Shown: positions 1-9,550, counted from the first letter of the stretch. The stretch: DNA of 64,000 bases from Candidatus Latescibacterota bacterium (GCA_965208105.1 OZ242318.1:4480001-4544000); one strand, 5' to 3'. The notes: generated by a model from the letters alone, not told the origin. Numbers and translations are program-made.

Positions 1-212
1 GAAATGTCGATTGCGGTTACTTTCGCACCACGAGAAATTAGAACACGTGCCGCGAATCCTTCCCCACACCCTGCGTCAAGCACATGCAGCCCTTCCACCT
101 CGCCGATGAGATCGAAGAACTGCCTCGAGTCTCCTTCAAGGCCGTTCTCGTCTCGAGAGCCGAATACTGCCGAATATTCCTGGGCAAACTGGTCGTAGGT
201 ATTGCGATTCAA
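1..212 (-). CDS. Class I SAM-dependent methyltransferase, 5' part (runs off window)
   Basis: Hand translation from TTG at 212: NRNTYDQFAQEY...VLDAGCGEGFAARVL...VTAIDIS (SAM-binding motif I). Confidence 0.8.
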   Translation of the reverse strand, partial: MNRNTYDQFAQEYSAVFGSRDENGLEGDSRQFFDLIGEVEGLHVLDAGCGEGFAARVLISRGAKVTAIDI

Positions 213-330
213 TTTTTGGATCTCAAGCTGTAAAAAAATTATTTCTTCCCTGGTACGCGTTTTCGGCAGATGCGAAGCTCACTCAATGTGGATAATTCAA
301 GATGGAGTTTATTGCCCTTGGGCCAGGCTT

Positions 331-424
331 AAATAACGTCGCCAGTTTGCGAACCCCGAGCCTGTCGAGGGTTTGCAGTAGGGTCAAGCCGCCTTGCCCC
401 GCTGCGGAAACCACGGGGTTATCG
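331..424 (-). repeat. attC-like site, best preserved in the array
   Basis: Minus strand CGATAAC-CCCGT-GGTTTCCG...CGCAAACT-GGCGAC-GTTATTT; both AAC and GTT cores intact, inner boxes pair. Confidence 0.65.
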
Positions 425-436
425 TCAGTTACCTCG

Positions 437-868
437 TTAGTGCTTCTCACCACTCTTCCTCAACATGATTATCGTAGAATGGCCCATTGTTGTGTACTTC
501 TCCAATCTTTTCACCAGAAACCCCGGTGCCGCAGCTGGATCAAGTTCTTCAAAGCCAATAGTGCCGTAGAATCTCTTCAGGTGGCCATGCGGCAGGCAAT
601 AGCAGTTGTCCTCAGATAAGTAGGGTACTGCCACCTCCAGGAGCCTGCTGCCAATCCCTTGCCGCTGCAGAGAGGTCAGAACCCTCACGCCTCTGAGGAC
701 CAGGGTGCCGGCCTCGCGGCAGAGTCGCAAGGCCCCAACGATCCTGTCTCCCTGCTGGGCAACAACCACCCAATCATGCTCTGTCAAAACTCCGTTGTAT
801 CCCACCTCCTGGTAGAAACGGGTAACCCGGGGAAATTCAGCAGGCGCGACAGGCCGAACGGTAGTCAT
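437..868 (-). CDS. GNAT family N-acetyltransferase
   Basis: LQRQGIGSRLL acetyl-CoA motif A; FYGTIGF motif B. Confidence 0.85.
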   Translation of the reverse strand: MTTVRPVAPAEFPRVTRFYQEVGYNGVLTEHDWVVVAQQGDRIVGALRLCREAGTLVLRGVRVLTSLQRQGIGSRLLEVAVPYLSEDNCYCLPHGHLKRFYGTIGFEELDPAAAPGFLVKRLEKYTTMGHSTIIMLRKSGEKH

Positions 869-914
869 GTCATCTGGGGGACAATTATTTTCAAACTAGA
901 GATAAAGTTCCATT

Positions 915-1256
915 TCAGCCACCATCCTTTTCCAGGGAGAGATCCACGAGTAATTGCAATTCTGTCACTGATCCTCGAACCCAGGTATCTCTCTTGAACT
1001 GTTGGTGGTATGCATCAATATCGTGCATGGATTCCTTCCCCACCTGTTTTGCCCGTTGCATATCTTCCGTTCTCATGTAGGAAAGCAGGTAGTCCTCGCC
1101 TTTCAGCGAAAGAAGAAACCAGGACTCGACCTCCATTCCTTCGGCGCGCAAGGTGGCGAGAGCTTCATCTCTCCGGCTGTTTATACTCCCAGCCCACTCC
1201 GACACCCTGTCCCCGGAATCTTCTTTCAGCTTGACCAGGTAGGCCTTGACGTCCAT
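915..1256 (-). CDS. DUF6176-like small protein
   Basis: Start MDVKAY after GGAGG; EALATLRAEGMEVESWFL...SMHDIDAYHQQFK pattern. Confidence 0.6.
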   Translation of the reverse strand: MDVKAYLVKLKEDSGDRVSEWAGSINSRRDEALATLRAEGMEVESWFLLSLKGEDYLLSYMRTEDMQRAKQVGKESMHDIDAYHQQFKRDTWVRGSVTELQLLVDLSLEKDGG

Positions 1257-1294
1257 GGTCGCCTCCGTCATGAAGTCAAAAAATTTCGCGGTTG

Positions 1295-1383
1295 AATTAA
1301 CTGTCGCCGGTTTGCGAACACTCGAAGCAGGTCGGCGAAGGTCTAGAGGAGGAATGTGGCGCTGGGCAAAATGGCTTATAGAC
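1295..1383 (-). repeat. attC-like site with degenerate R'' box
   Basis: Plus strand aattaactgtcgccggtttgcgaac...gcaaaatggc; shares cgccRgtttgcgaac with the spacers at 331 and 12981. Confidence 0.55.
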
Positions 1384-1435
1384 GACGCAAAATTATCGAG
1401 AACCCAAATGCAAAGGATCAACCTTCTGACCCTTC

Positions 1436-2416
1436 TCAATCGAGAATCAGTGACTTGATTTCTGCCCAGCCTGTAATGTACCTGGTTTCACCTGGTGGCG
1501 TTCCTTGGAGAGCGGGTGACCACATTGGTCGCCGTCCAGGGGTAAGGACCCTACTACTGGTTCCGTCTGAGCTGATGACATGTAACATCGACTTTTCACT
1601 TCCAGCCTCAGGCTGTATGGCAACCGCGATCCACTGACCGTCGGGGGACCATGAGAGTTCCTGTGGCTTCGATCGTACGTTCCCCTCTAGCAACTGGATT
1701 TCCACATTGGTTGAAAGATCAATAACGAACAAGCCCGGCTGTTGGTATGATGCATCTGTAAAGCCACGCGTGTAAGCTAATCGATTACCCTCAGGCGACC
1801 ACGCTCCATAGGTTGCCCATGTACGAATGAATCTGGTCTGTCCTGTGGAAACATCCAGTGCGTGCAGATCGTGCCAACCGTCGTCTCCTGTCCGGACCAG
1901 TACCTCGGTTTGGTTCGGAGCGAAAGGAGACCCAGACGAGTCCTCGACCCACCCATGTTTAAAAATCCATCTGTCCTCACTCCCTTCGATCGACCGCACA
2001 TACAGGTTTGTTGAAAAAGGTCCGGCACTGAGGTGATACAATAGCCTGTCACTGTTTGGAATCCACACCGGTTTATAGCCGCGACCCAACTCTCTCTCCT
2101 TCCCAGTTGCAACATCAATTAAGGACAGCGTGCTCCAACTTTCAGTTATTTGCTCAATAGCCAGTAGTTTGCCGTCACTCGAAAGTGATGCATGCCAGCC
2201 CCCACGGAAAGTTTTGGTAGCACCAAATCTTCCCAGGAGGATCGAAGTTCCGGCATCTCGAGCAAGTAAAATTCGAATTCCATCCGGAAGCCAGTGATAG
2301 AATCGGCCCTCACCGATTTTGGCCTGGCCGGTACCGTCCGGATTGATGATGTTCAGTCCATCTCTTTCGTACAGAATCTGGCTACCTGCGGGGTTGCAGA
2401 TCCCCAAGGAGGACAT
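1436..2416 (-). CDS. TolB/PD40-like beta-propeller protein (start uncertain)
   Basis: Repeated WSPDG/WSPEG/WLPDG/LSSDG blade motifs. Confidence 0.7.
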   Translation of the reverse strand: MSSLGICNPAGSQILYERDGLNIINPDGTGQAKIGEGRFYHWLPDGIRILLARDAGTSILLGRFGATKTFRGGWHASLSSDGKLLAIEQITESWSTLSLIDVATGKERELGRGYKPVWIPNSDRLLYHLSAGPFSTNLYVRSIEGSEDRWIFKHGWVEDSSGSPFAPNQTEVLVRTGDDGWHDLHALDVSTGQTRFIRTWATYGAWSPEGNRLAYTRGFTDASYQQPGLFVIDLSTNVEIQLLEGNVRSKPQELSWSPDGQWIAVAIQPEAGSEKSMLHVISSDGTSSRVLTPGRRPMWSPALQGTPPGETRYITGWAEIKSLILD

Positions 2417-2677
2417 GGTGCCGAAAATAATCGCAAATCGTCTAATTAATCTGATTTGTGAATTACCTGGGCTGCGTGCCAAACCCCTAAGGAATCTCCG
2501 TGACAGAATAGGGATGGATGTCGAATGACGATCCCGGTAGGTAGACCAGGCAAGGGGATTCCGAAGCTCCCGGTGGCGAGTGTCCCCCTGCGGAAACCTG
2601 CTTTCAACTGACCTGGCCATCTTGCCCCTTTCATGAGAACCTCCAATCAATTCTTGTACGAGGGCCAGGTTTGCAAA

Positions 2678-2750
2678 GCCGAATCAATTTCGCACCGCAG
2701 CAAGCCGAGCTGGTCCAGGCTGGCTTGTGCAAGAAGCGAGAAAATACGGT
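2678..2750 (-). repeat. Degenerate attC-like hairpin
   Basis: gca-G-caagcc-G-agc-loop-gct-ggcttg-tgc stem with unpaired Gs, flanked by gccgaat and atacggt. Confidence 0.4.
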
Positions 2751-2804
2751 CCCTTCCACATCTGTCGGCCCATTGAAATCACGAGGCTCCCGTGTGGCCA
2801 TCCT

Positions 2805-4412
2805 TCATCGCGAGTGAGCGTAATCGCATTGTCCCGACACCAGGTCATAGGGAATATGGAGCAGCATTCCCGGGCCGTACTTTTCGCCTTCCGGGTATCC
2901 CCGGGCACCCGTCACCAGATGGTGTGAGCCAATGGCATAATAGATTCCATCGTAGGGCCCCTCCTCCTTTACGATGGTAAGCTGGCCCGACCCTGGGCCG
3001 GGAACGAGCCTTTCTTCGAATAGAACATCGAAGAGACCGGCCCCATCGCGTCCGAGAGCGGAGAAATAGGCGCCGCGGTCGTTGCCTGTAGTGGCGAAGA
3101 ACACGGCGCGGCCGCTTGGGTCTGGCTCAATCTGCAGATTGACACCTCCCGATGCCGGCAAGCCCGTGTCCGCAGCCTCCTCCATCGAAAGGTGGTCTCC
3201 GAACCGGTCACCCAAGCGGTTGATCCACTTGACGTCACCCGCGTGATCCGAGAAAACGATAGGGGTGCCGCCACTCCAACTGGTCATCCAGATGCCATGG
3301 CTGTTGACTCCAAGTTGCATCGGACCTGAAGGAATGCCGCCAGTCGGTTCGCCGTTTTGCACCTTGATCAGGGTAAAATATTCAGTGACGTCGATCTCGC
3401 GAACAATCTCTCCCGTTTCCTTGCTCCTGGCCTCCACCGTACACACAGGATCGCCGATCACCTTACCTTGGTGTGCGGCGTAAACCACGTCGCCCCAGGG
3501 TTTGATGTCCATGATCCGGTTTTCCTTGTTGCGGGCGAATCCGTTATCGGCAAAAGTAGGGTCCCGGATCCAACGCCTGGCGGCGCGATAGATGCGCATC
3601 TTGTAGAGCCCACCTCGTTCGGCATCCAGTCGGGCGAGGTGCGGCTGGCCATGGTGCCCCCTGTGGGTCGTCCAGTACACCTCGGTATCCAGGTCGTCGA
3701 GCTGCATGCTCATGGTGCGGGCGCCGTCGAAGTCCAGGACCTCGTTGTAGGACCAACGCTCCCAGGCCGTCGGATCGGCAATGTAGTCCGTTCCCAGGGT
3801 GCCGCGAATCATATCGCCGGCTCGGTGACCGCGCTCGTCCAGCTGCCGTTCACATTCCTGAATCCAGATTTCCGGCGGATCGTGCCGCGTATCGATCAGA
3901 GTGCGGCCAAATCCCGTGCGGGCAGCCGGGCCCGCGAGGGCCGGCTTGTCGAGATTGTTGACGGCGATGAGGTCGAACTCGTATATCCCGTAGGCCAGGT
4001 CGCGGCCGAGCCAATCCTTTCCATTCCATTGCAGCGAATGCGAGCCTGCTTCGAATGCCAGGCCTGGAGATACGAACACGAGAAGATCCTGCGGTCCCGT
4101 GCTCACCCACGCACCCCACGGTCCCCTCGGCCCCGTTCTCGAAGAAAATTGATACACCGCAAGCCACACGGTTGCGCGTTGATTCAGGGTAAAAGGAAAC
4201 TCTGGGGAATGGTGGTCATGCCAGGTGACATCGCTTGTGGTCAAGCGCAGCGGCTGAAACTCGCCCGACACATCGGGTTGCTGAAACTCACCCTTCGGGG
4301 CCGGAGGTTGCGGATACTGGACGGTCTGGTATTCGGGAATCACCACCACCTGTGCCGAAAGATTTCGAGCAGTGAGCGGCAGGCAGAGGGCCAGAAGCAA
4401 CAACCACTGCAT
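2805..4412 (-). CDS. Secreted hypothetical protein with a FlgD Ig-like segment and a probable propeller region
   Basis: GGAGG then MQWLLLLALCLPLTARNLSAQ signal peptide; FTLNQRATVWLAVY...LQWNGKD...GIYEFDL FlgD-like pattern. Confidence 0.6.
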   Translation of the reverse strand: MQWLLLLALCLPLTARNLSAQVVVIPEYQTVQYPQPPAPKGEFQQPDVSGEFQPLRLTTSDVTWHDHHSPEFPFTLNQRATVWLAVYQFSSRTGPRGPWGAWVSTGPQDLLVFVSPGLAFEAGSHSLQWNGKDWLGRDLAYGIYEFDLIAVNNLDKPALAGPAARTGFGRTLIDTRHDPPEIWIQECERQLDERGHRAGDMIRGTLGTDYIADPTAWERWSYNEVLDFDGARTMSMQLDDLDTEVYWTTHRGHHGQPHLARLDAERGGLYKMRIYRAARRWIRDPTFADNGFARNKENRIMDIKPWGDVVYAAHQGKVIGDPVCTVEARSKETGEIVREIDVTEYFTLIKVQNGEPTGGIPSGPMQLGVNSHGIWMTSWSGGTPIVFSDHAGDVKWINRLGDRFGDHLSMEEAADTGLPASGGVNLQIEPDPSGRAVFFATTGNDRGAYFSALGRDGAGLFDVLFEERLVPGPGSGQLTIVKEEGPYDGIYYAIGSHHLVTGARGYPEGEKYGPGMLLHIPYDLVSGQCDYAHSR

Positions 4413-4492
4413 ACAAACATTCCTCCGGGACAGCGAATACCAGGGAGTCCGCTGAAGATAGGATTTATGTTCTGCCAAATGTCGCCGATAGT

Positions 4493-5242
4493 TCATGACA
4501 CCTCCTTGTGCGCGAGAGCAATCAGCAGCTTTGAGCCAGTCCCATACGCACTCCCATCCAAGTCCCCATACAGTTGCGTATTGGCAAACCCGGCTTGCGA
4601 GAGTCGGTCCTTCAACTCCTGGCCTGAGTACAAGGTGTGGTGAAACTTGAAAGACCTTACCTGCTGGTCCCGGACCAGGAGCCACTCGACTCGAATCCTT
4701 GTCCAATCATCGAAGATCTCCCGGCGTTGAACGATCAACGTCCCGTCGGGATACACTTCCGAGTTGGCCGCGGAGAATTCTCTGGCCAACACCTCTTTCC
4801 CTTTCATCTCCATGACGAGGACTCCGCCGGGTCTGAGACTCTCGTAAATATTGCTGAGCACTCGCAGGTCCTCGTCCTTGTCATCGAAATAGCCGAAGGA
4901 CGTAAACATGTTGAGCACGAGGTCGTAGGATGAGGGCCGCACGAAACGACGCATGTCTTCCTGCACAAACTCGAGGTCCAATTTCCGCTCGCTTGCCCGC
5001 GCCTTTGCTTTTTGCAGTAGGAACGTTGTAGAGTCTACGCCCGTTACGGAGAAACCACGCTCGGCCAGGACCGTGGAGTGTCGGCCGGGGCCGCAGCACA
5101 AATCGAGGATATGAGTCCCGCCGAACGCCACCAGCGAAAGAATCTTGTCGACTTGACCATCCGCAGATTGAAATCGATCTTCCGGGAACATATAGGGATA
5201 CATTTCCCTCCAGAAGTCTTCGTTTTCAAACCATTCGGACAT
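4493..5242 (-). CDS. Class I SAM-dependent methyltransferase
   Basis: ILDLCCGPGRHS, MFTSFGYF, LRPGG motifs. Confidence 0.9.
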   Translation of the reverse strand: MSEWFENEDFWREMYPYMFPEDRFQSADGQVDKILSLVAFGGTHILDLCCGPGRHSTVLAERGFSVTGVDSTTFLLQKAKARASERKLDLEFVQEDMRRFVRPSSYDLVLNMFTSFGYFDDKDEDLRVLSNIYESLRPGGVLVMEMKGKEVLAREFSAANSEVYPDGTLIVQRREIFDDWTRIRVEWLLVRDQQVRSFKFHHTLYSGQELKDRLSQAGFANTQLYGDLDGSAYGTGSKLLIALAHKEVS

Positions 5243-5271
5243 GGACCCTCCAGCGTCAGTCTAAGGACGAA

Positions 5272-5574
5272 CTAGTCGTCTTCGTATTTTGGATCGGGAT
5301 CCGCACCGGCGTTCAGGAGTGCTTCTACCATGTCGGCATTTCCCGCCTCCAGAGCGATGATCAATGCGGGCTCCCCGTCTTCGTTTACCGCATCGGGATC
5401 CGCACCCGACTTAAGGATCGTTTCTACCATATCGGTTTGTCCCGCCTCCACTGACTGTAGCATGGTACGGTTGTCGTCTGCACGCGTAACTTTCGTCTTC
5501 TCCTGCATGGTAGCGCAGGACGAGATCAGAGCAGAGGAACAGATCATCAATGTGAGACCACTTACCTTAGACAT
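5272..5574 (-). CDS. Short ankyrin-repeat lipoprotein
   Basis: Lipobox-like ISSC; two ankyrin-like repeats (GQTDMVETILKSGADPD, GNADMVEALLNAGADPD). Confidence 0.7.
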   Translation of the reverse strand: MSKVSGLTLMICSSALISSCATMQEKTKVTRADDNRTMLQSVEAGQTDMVETILKSGADPDAVNEDGEPALIIALEAGNADMVEALLNAGADPDPKYEDD

Positions 5575-5612
5575 TATTTACCTCCTAATTGGATGTCGAA
5601 ATCGGGCATTGC

Positions 5613-5699
5613 GCATAAGGTTTTCGCGGTGCCCGAACCACGAAGCGGTCAAGCGAAGGCGCGCCAGCGCCCAGGCCGCGGGCATGGGGAAATATAGGC
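5613..5699 (-). repeat. Degenerate attC-like site
   Basis: TGCCCG...CGGGCA stem with internal GGCGCTGGCGCGCC and ACCGCTTCGTGGT hairpins; close paralog of 10176-10258. Confidence 0.55.
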
Positions 5700-5706
5700 C
5701 GTGTGG

Positions 5707-6522
5707 TTACTCGTGCGGAGCAACCAGTTTCTCCCTAAGTTTGATCGCCGTTTCGTACGCATCAGCGAGAAACTCAGTGGGCGGTTGAGCGGGATCCTGG
5801 GGCACTGCCTCAATCATGACTGGCCCCTGGTGCAATGTGGGGAATGCTGCCGAAACTGCATCCCAATCTACAATTCCTTCCGTCGGCAACCAGTGAACGT
5901 CGCTCTGTCCGTCGGTGTCTGAAAAGTGCGTCGTGATGAGACGATGGGCCCACTTGGCAAGCACTGCACTAGGGGTGCTGGAATACAAGTAGTCGTGTGA
6001 GCTGTCGTAGCACAAGCCCAGACTCTCCAGGGGAACTTCCTTTAGAATCAAGTCCAAGTGATCGGTTCCCCTTGTATTCTCAAGAGCCAACGCGATCCCG
6101 GCGTTTGCTGTCTCCTCGCCCAAGCGGCGAAAAATATCCAAGCCTTCCGCGTGCGGTGGAGGCGGTTCCGGTCCCCTGGTTACGTGAAGAACAATGCAGG
6201 AAATGGAATGCCGGCTGCAGTACTCTATTAACTCGAGGTTTTCATTAACTAACGCGTCGCGCTCGCTGGGTTTATCAGACCAGAAAGCATTTGCGTTTTC
6301 GTATGTTGCGTGGGCGTGATCGATGGTTAGCCCGGCATCTGCGGTCATCCCCGGCATCTCGTGAGCACGGCCAGATTCCACCAAGGGTTCCAAACTTCCC
6401 ATCCAGAGGAAGGTGTGACTGAAACCACTCTGCTTGATCAGCTTCAAGCGTTTGGCAAGAGGAAGTTGGTAGCCGAACCAGGAAAATGTTCCGAGAGATG
6501 TTGTGGCTTCACCTGAAGTCAT
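5707..6522 (-). CDS. Sugar-phosphate isomerase/epimerase (xylose isomerase-like TIM barrel)
   Basis: LALEN, CYDSSH, HFSD, DVHWLP-G-VDW, MIE metal-site motifs. Confidence 0.85.
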   Translation of the reverse strand: MTSGEATTSLGTFSWFGYQLPLAKRLKLIKQSGFSHTFLWMGSLEPLVESGRAHEMPGMTADAGLTIDHAHATYENANAFWSDKPSERDALVNENLELIEYCSRHSISCIVLHVTRGPEPPPPHAEGLDIFRRLGEETANAGIALALENTRGTDHLDLILKEVPLESLGLCYDSSHDYLYSSTPSAVLAKWAHRLITTHFSDTDGQSDVHWLPTEGIVDWDAVSAAFPTLHQGPVMIEAVPQDPAQPPTEFLADAYETAIKLREKLVAPHE

Positions 6523-6535
6523 GAGTCGATACGGC

Positions 6536-6600
6536 GCCTAACTGTTCCGCCGCACGAACCCGAAGGTTCTGCGGCAACAGGATTGCACGGAAAGTAGATC
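6536..6600 (-). repeat. attC-like site with a perfect R' box GTTAGGC 13 nt before the next ATG
   Basis: Plus strand gcctaac at 6536-6542; GCCGCA-GAACC-TTCG-GGTTC-G-TGCGGC hairpin. Confidence 0.65.
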
Positions 6601-6615
6601 GCCCATGGGCTGGAT

Positions 6616-7155
6616 TTAGTCACTCTTGGTCTGTCCATCCAACAGGGCGACCCCGAATTTCTGGTTCAGAGCCTCCATGTCCGCGAAATCACAGGGATGC
6701 AGTTCGTACCCGGAATGCGAACGCACCTGGTATTCAGGCGAGAGGCATCGTACCCTTCTTCCGCCGATCCATCCCGTGGAGTTCAATTCCGCTTTCGAGA
6801 TCACTTCATCGACCTCTCCTGGACCGTAGATGGCTCCTCCATTTCCAGAGAAAGAGATCACATGAAAGTCGATCGAGCCATGCGATCGGTGACTCATCAC
6901 GTAATTCCGGTCCTTGCGATCATCATCGTAGACATGGGAGAACCCCTTCTCCAGAAGCGCGTCAGTCAGCCGTTCGGAGTCTTCCCACCCAATAATGATG
7001 TCCAAATCTTCGTGGTCCCTGGTTTGCTCGCCCATCAATGCGTCGACGCCCCAACCGCCATCGATCCAAACCGTTATCCCAAGTTCATCAAATAGGTCCA
7101 AAAACCAATGGACATTGTGAATTGGCATTTGCATGGATTGGGGGGTATCCTTCAA
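6616..7155 (-). CDS. Nucleotidyltransferase of the lincosamide (Lnu)/aminoglycoside-2''-adenylyltransferase family
   Basis: VWIDGGWGVDALMGEQTRDHEDLDI and CLSPEYQVRSHSGYEL signatures. Confidence 0.85.
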   Translation of the reverse strand: MKDTPQSMQMPIHNVHWFLDLFDELGITVWIDGGWGVDALMGEQTRDHEDLDIIIGWEDSERLTDALLEKGFSHVYDDDRKDRNYVMSHRSHGSIDFHVISFSGNGGAIYGPGEVDEVISKAELNSTGWIGGRRVRCLSPEYQVRSHSGYELHPCDFADMEALNQKFGVALLDGQTKSD

Positions 7156-7236
7156 GGTTCTATAGTGTAATCAGGTAGCCTGGTCTGAAACAGCGTAAAC
7201 GGTTGCGCGCAGGTCTCCAAGCTGGATACCGTCGTG

Positions 7237-8286
7237 TCATGTGGGGTAGGGCCTTGACCCTTTTACAGAAACAGATTCCGCCCATTCCAACAACTGATCC
7301 ACAATTTTGCGGGTCAGGCCGACGGATGGTTCCACGTCAATGGTCAGAGTCGGAGCAGATCTTCTGGCTGCCCAGTCCAACGCTTCCGGCGTCATGTTGT
7401 CCTCAATCCAGGCGCAGGGTCTGTCTCCCACGAAAAGATCGATTGCCGGCACTTTTTCAGCGGGGTCGAAGGGTATTGGCGGAAACGGAATCGTCGGCCA
7501 CGCCGGTAGAGCAAAAAATGGTGCGAGCAGTCGGTTCGCGTCCTCACACCAGCCAGTCGCCCATACCATTTCGAAATGATCGTTCAACTCGGCCAACCAC
7601 CTTCCGTGCATCTCAGACAGGTAGACAGGATAGTCGTCCTCCGGAAAGAAGTGATGAGCATTGAATCCTTTGGGCGTGTCATCAAACCCGAAGGGATTGA
7701 GCACCCCGTCGACGTCGACTAGAAGCACAGGCCGGGTGGATGCGACTGAAAGCGGCAAACCAAAGATAGACAATGGGCGACGGAGCCGAACCTGACGGCC
7801 GTTGTCTCGAATACCGCCATCGCGTTTCCACCCCATCGCTTCGTAGAAGGCGATTCCCTGTTCGTAACCTTCGACTGTCCAGACTATTGCATCGTCATAG
7901 CCGTTCGCGACGAGATGACGAAAGGCGATCGAGGCCAACGCCTTGCCAATGCCGCGGCGCCAATAGGAGGGGTCGATGGCGATGGTATCGAGCTCCCCTA
8001 ATGTGGCGCCAACGGGGTCCCGGCTGGGACCGATGCCGACAAAACCGACAATCTTGCCCGCATGCTCCGCGACCCACCATCGGTGCGGGGCAGACTTCGC
8101 CAGATCTCCGCGCCAACACTCAATATGCTCTGGCGTGACGATGCGATCCGGCTGCTCGATGAGTTCGCCGAATCCTGCATTCCACGAATCGATGTATATG
8201 CGCGCGACGGCTTCGGCGTCAGTAGTGGAGGCCGATCGGATGATTGGAGAAGGTTTTGGTGGAAGTGCGTGTTTCAATTTTCTCAA
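7237..8286 (-). CDS. GNAT acetyltransferase fused to a HAD domain (Swiss-army-knife RNA-repair type)
   Basis: N-terminal WRRGIGKAL and FYEAMGW; C-terminal LLVDVDGVLN, VWATGW, WIED. Confidence 0.75.
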   Translation of the reverse strand: MRKLKHALPPKPSPIIRSASTTDAEAVARIYIDSWNAGFGELIEQPDRIVTPEHIECWRGDLAKSAPHRWWVAEHAGKIVGFVGIGPSRDPVGATLGELDTIAIDPSYWRRGIGKALASIAFRHLVANGYDDAIVWTVEGYEQGIAFYEAMGWKRDGGIRDNGRQVRLRRPLSIFGLPLSVASTRPVLLVDVDGVLNPFGFDDTPKGFNAHHFFPEDDYPVYLSEMHGRWLAELNDHFEMVWATGWCEDANRLLAPFFALPAWPTIPFPPIPFDPAEKVPAIDLFVGDRPCAWIEDNMTPEALDWAARRSAPTLTIDVEPSVGLTRKIVDQLLEWAESVSVKGSRPYPT

Positions 8287-8398
8287 TCCTGTGTCACATG
8301 ACTTCTAGCCGAATTGCGGAACCAAGGAGGAGGTTGCCGCGGGTCAGGGTGTCGGAGGGGCGGCGCAGCGATTAACAGTCTGTGGCGGGATCGGAGCT

Positions 8399-8848
8399 TT
8401 ACTTCCGAGCGTCCATTGACTCTACCAACAGATCAATCTTGTCGTCGTAGTTGGCAACAAGCTCAGGAAGCGCTCTAATTTCGGCCCAGAAGAAATCGAA
8501 TGGATGGATTACGGATCCGTCCTCGGCAAATTCTCCATGGCGCCAGGTTTCTTCCGTCGGCCCTTCTACAGACAGATGAAAGAACCATCGGTGCTGTAGC
8601 TCATTGCGCCCGCAATCCCGCATGTCTCTGCTATCCCGGGCAAGGAACTGCTCACATCTGAGCCCGGTTAAACCCGTCTCCTCTTTCGCTTCCCGCATCG
8701 CGGCATCCTGAGGATTCTCCCCTGGCTCAATCGTTCCCGCTGGAACCTGAATGCCAGCTTCCGGAGCCCCTGGTTGAGTAAAAAGGAGCAGGAGGCTCCC
8801 GTTGGTTATGTAGGCGTAAGCTCTGTGACGAATATTCATCGTTTTCAT
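8399..8848 (-). CDS. NUDIX hydrolase
   Basis: Nudix box GTIEPGENPQDAAMREAKEETGL. Confidence 0.9.
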   Translation of the reverse strand: MKTMNIRHRAYAYITNGSLLLLFTQPGAPEAGIQVPAGTIEPGENPQDAAMREAKEETGLTGLRCEQFLARDSRDMRDCGRNELQHRWFFHLSVEGPTEETWRHGEFAEDGSVIHPFDFFWAEIRALPELVANYDDKIDLLVESMDARK

Positions 8849-8930
8849 CGCGAAATGAGGATGATCTGATCGCCGTGTTCGTTCCCCATATTTTAGCCTC
8901 CATGTGGATGGTGGACCTTCGCATCGGACT

Positions 8931-8981
8931 GCCGAATGCCAAGGCGCGTCAGCGCCGGAGCGCAACACCACGCTGTTATCG
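8931..8981 (-). repeat. attC-like half site
   Basis: ccaaggcgcgtcagcgcc...gctgttat, similar to 12131-12172; minus strand CGATAAC just after the stop codon. Confidence 0.5.
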
Positions 8982-8992
8982 GTAGTGGAACC

Positions 8993-9550
8993 TCACATAC
9001 TCTCATCTCGCAGCATACCGAAAACCAGAAAATCATGCCACTCATTGTCAAACCTCAGACTGCCTCGCGTCGTCCCTTCATGCCGCATGCCAGCCTTGGC
9101 CAGAACGCGAGCTGATGCTGCGTTCTCCGCTGCGCAGCCGGAGTGAATGCGATGCAAACCCAACGATGTGAAGCCCCATTGGAGTACAGCGCGGAGCGCC
9201 TCAGTGGCGTAACCTTTGTTCCAGCGGTCGGGGAAATACCGATAGGCAACAAAACCGATGTCCATGCTATTCGGCGTTTCAACGCCAAATCCGCGTTCCA
9301 GCCCACAAATCCCAATGAATGCGTGATTCTCTCTCAACTCTACTGCCAAAGAATAATTCCGGCGTGGTGCTTCAGATTGTTGCCTGATCCAGGTGTCCAC
9401 GATCTCTCGAGCTTTGTCTACCTTCTTCAGCGGTTCCCACCGTTCATAGCGGCTCGTTTCGGGCAGACGGTAGAGCCGGAACAGGCTTTCCGAATCGTCC
9501 TGCCGAAATTCTCGAAGGAGCAGCCTTTCTGTGACAAGAGAAAAACACAT
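8993..9550 (-). CDS. RimJ/RimL-type GNAT acetyltransferase
   Basis: TERLLLREF, WNKGYATEAL, NAASARVLAKAGMRHEG. Confidence 0.9.
   Translation of the reverse strand: MCFSLVTERLLLREFRQDDSESLFRLYRLPETSRYERWEPLKKVDKAREIVDTWIRQQSEAPRRNYSLAVELRENHAFIGICGLERGFGVETPNSMDIGFVAYRYFPDRWNKGYATEALRAVLQWGFTSLGLHRIHSGCAAENAASARVLAKAGMRHEGTTRGSLRFDNEWHDFLVFGMLRDESM

Noticed and set aside
6543-6585. Group II intron domain V or intrinsic terminator reading of the TTCG hairpin
   Set aside because: No catalytic triad context, no RT gene, no U-tract; fits the attC-like family better
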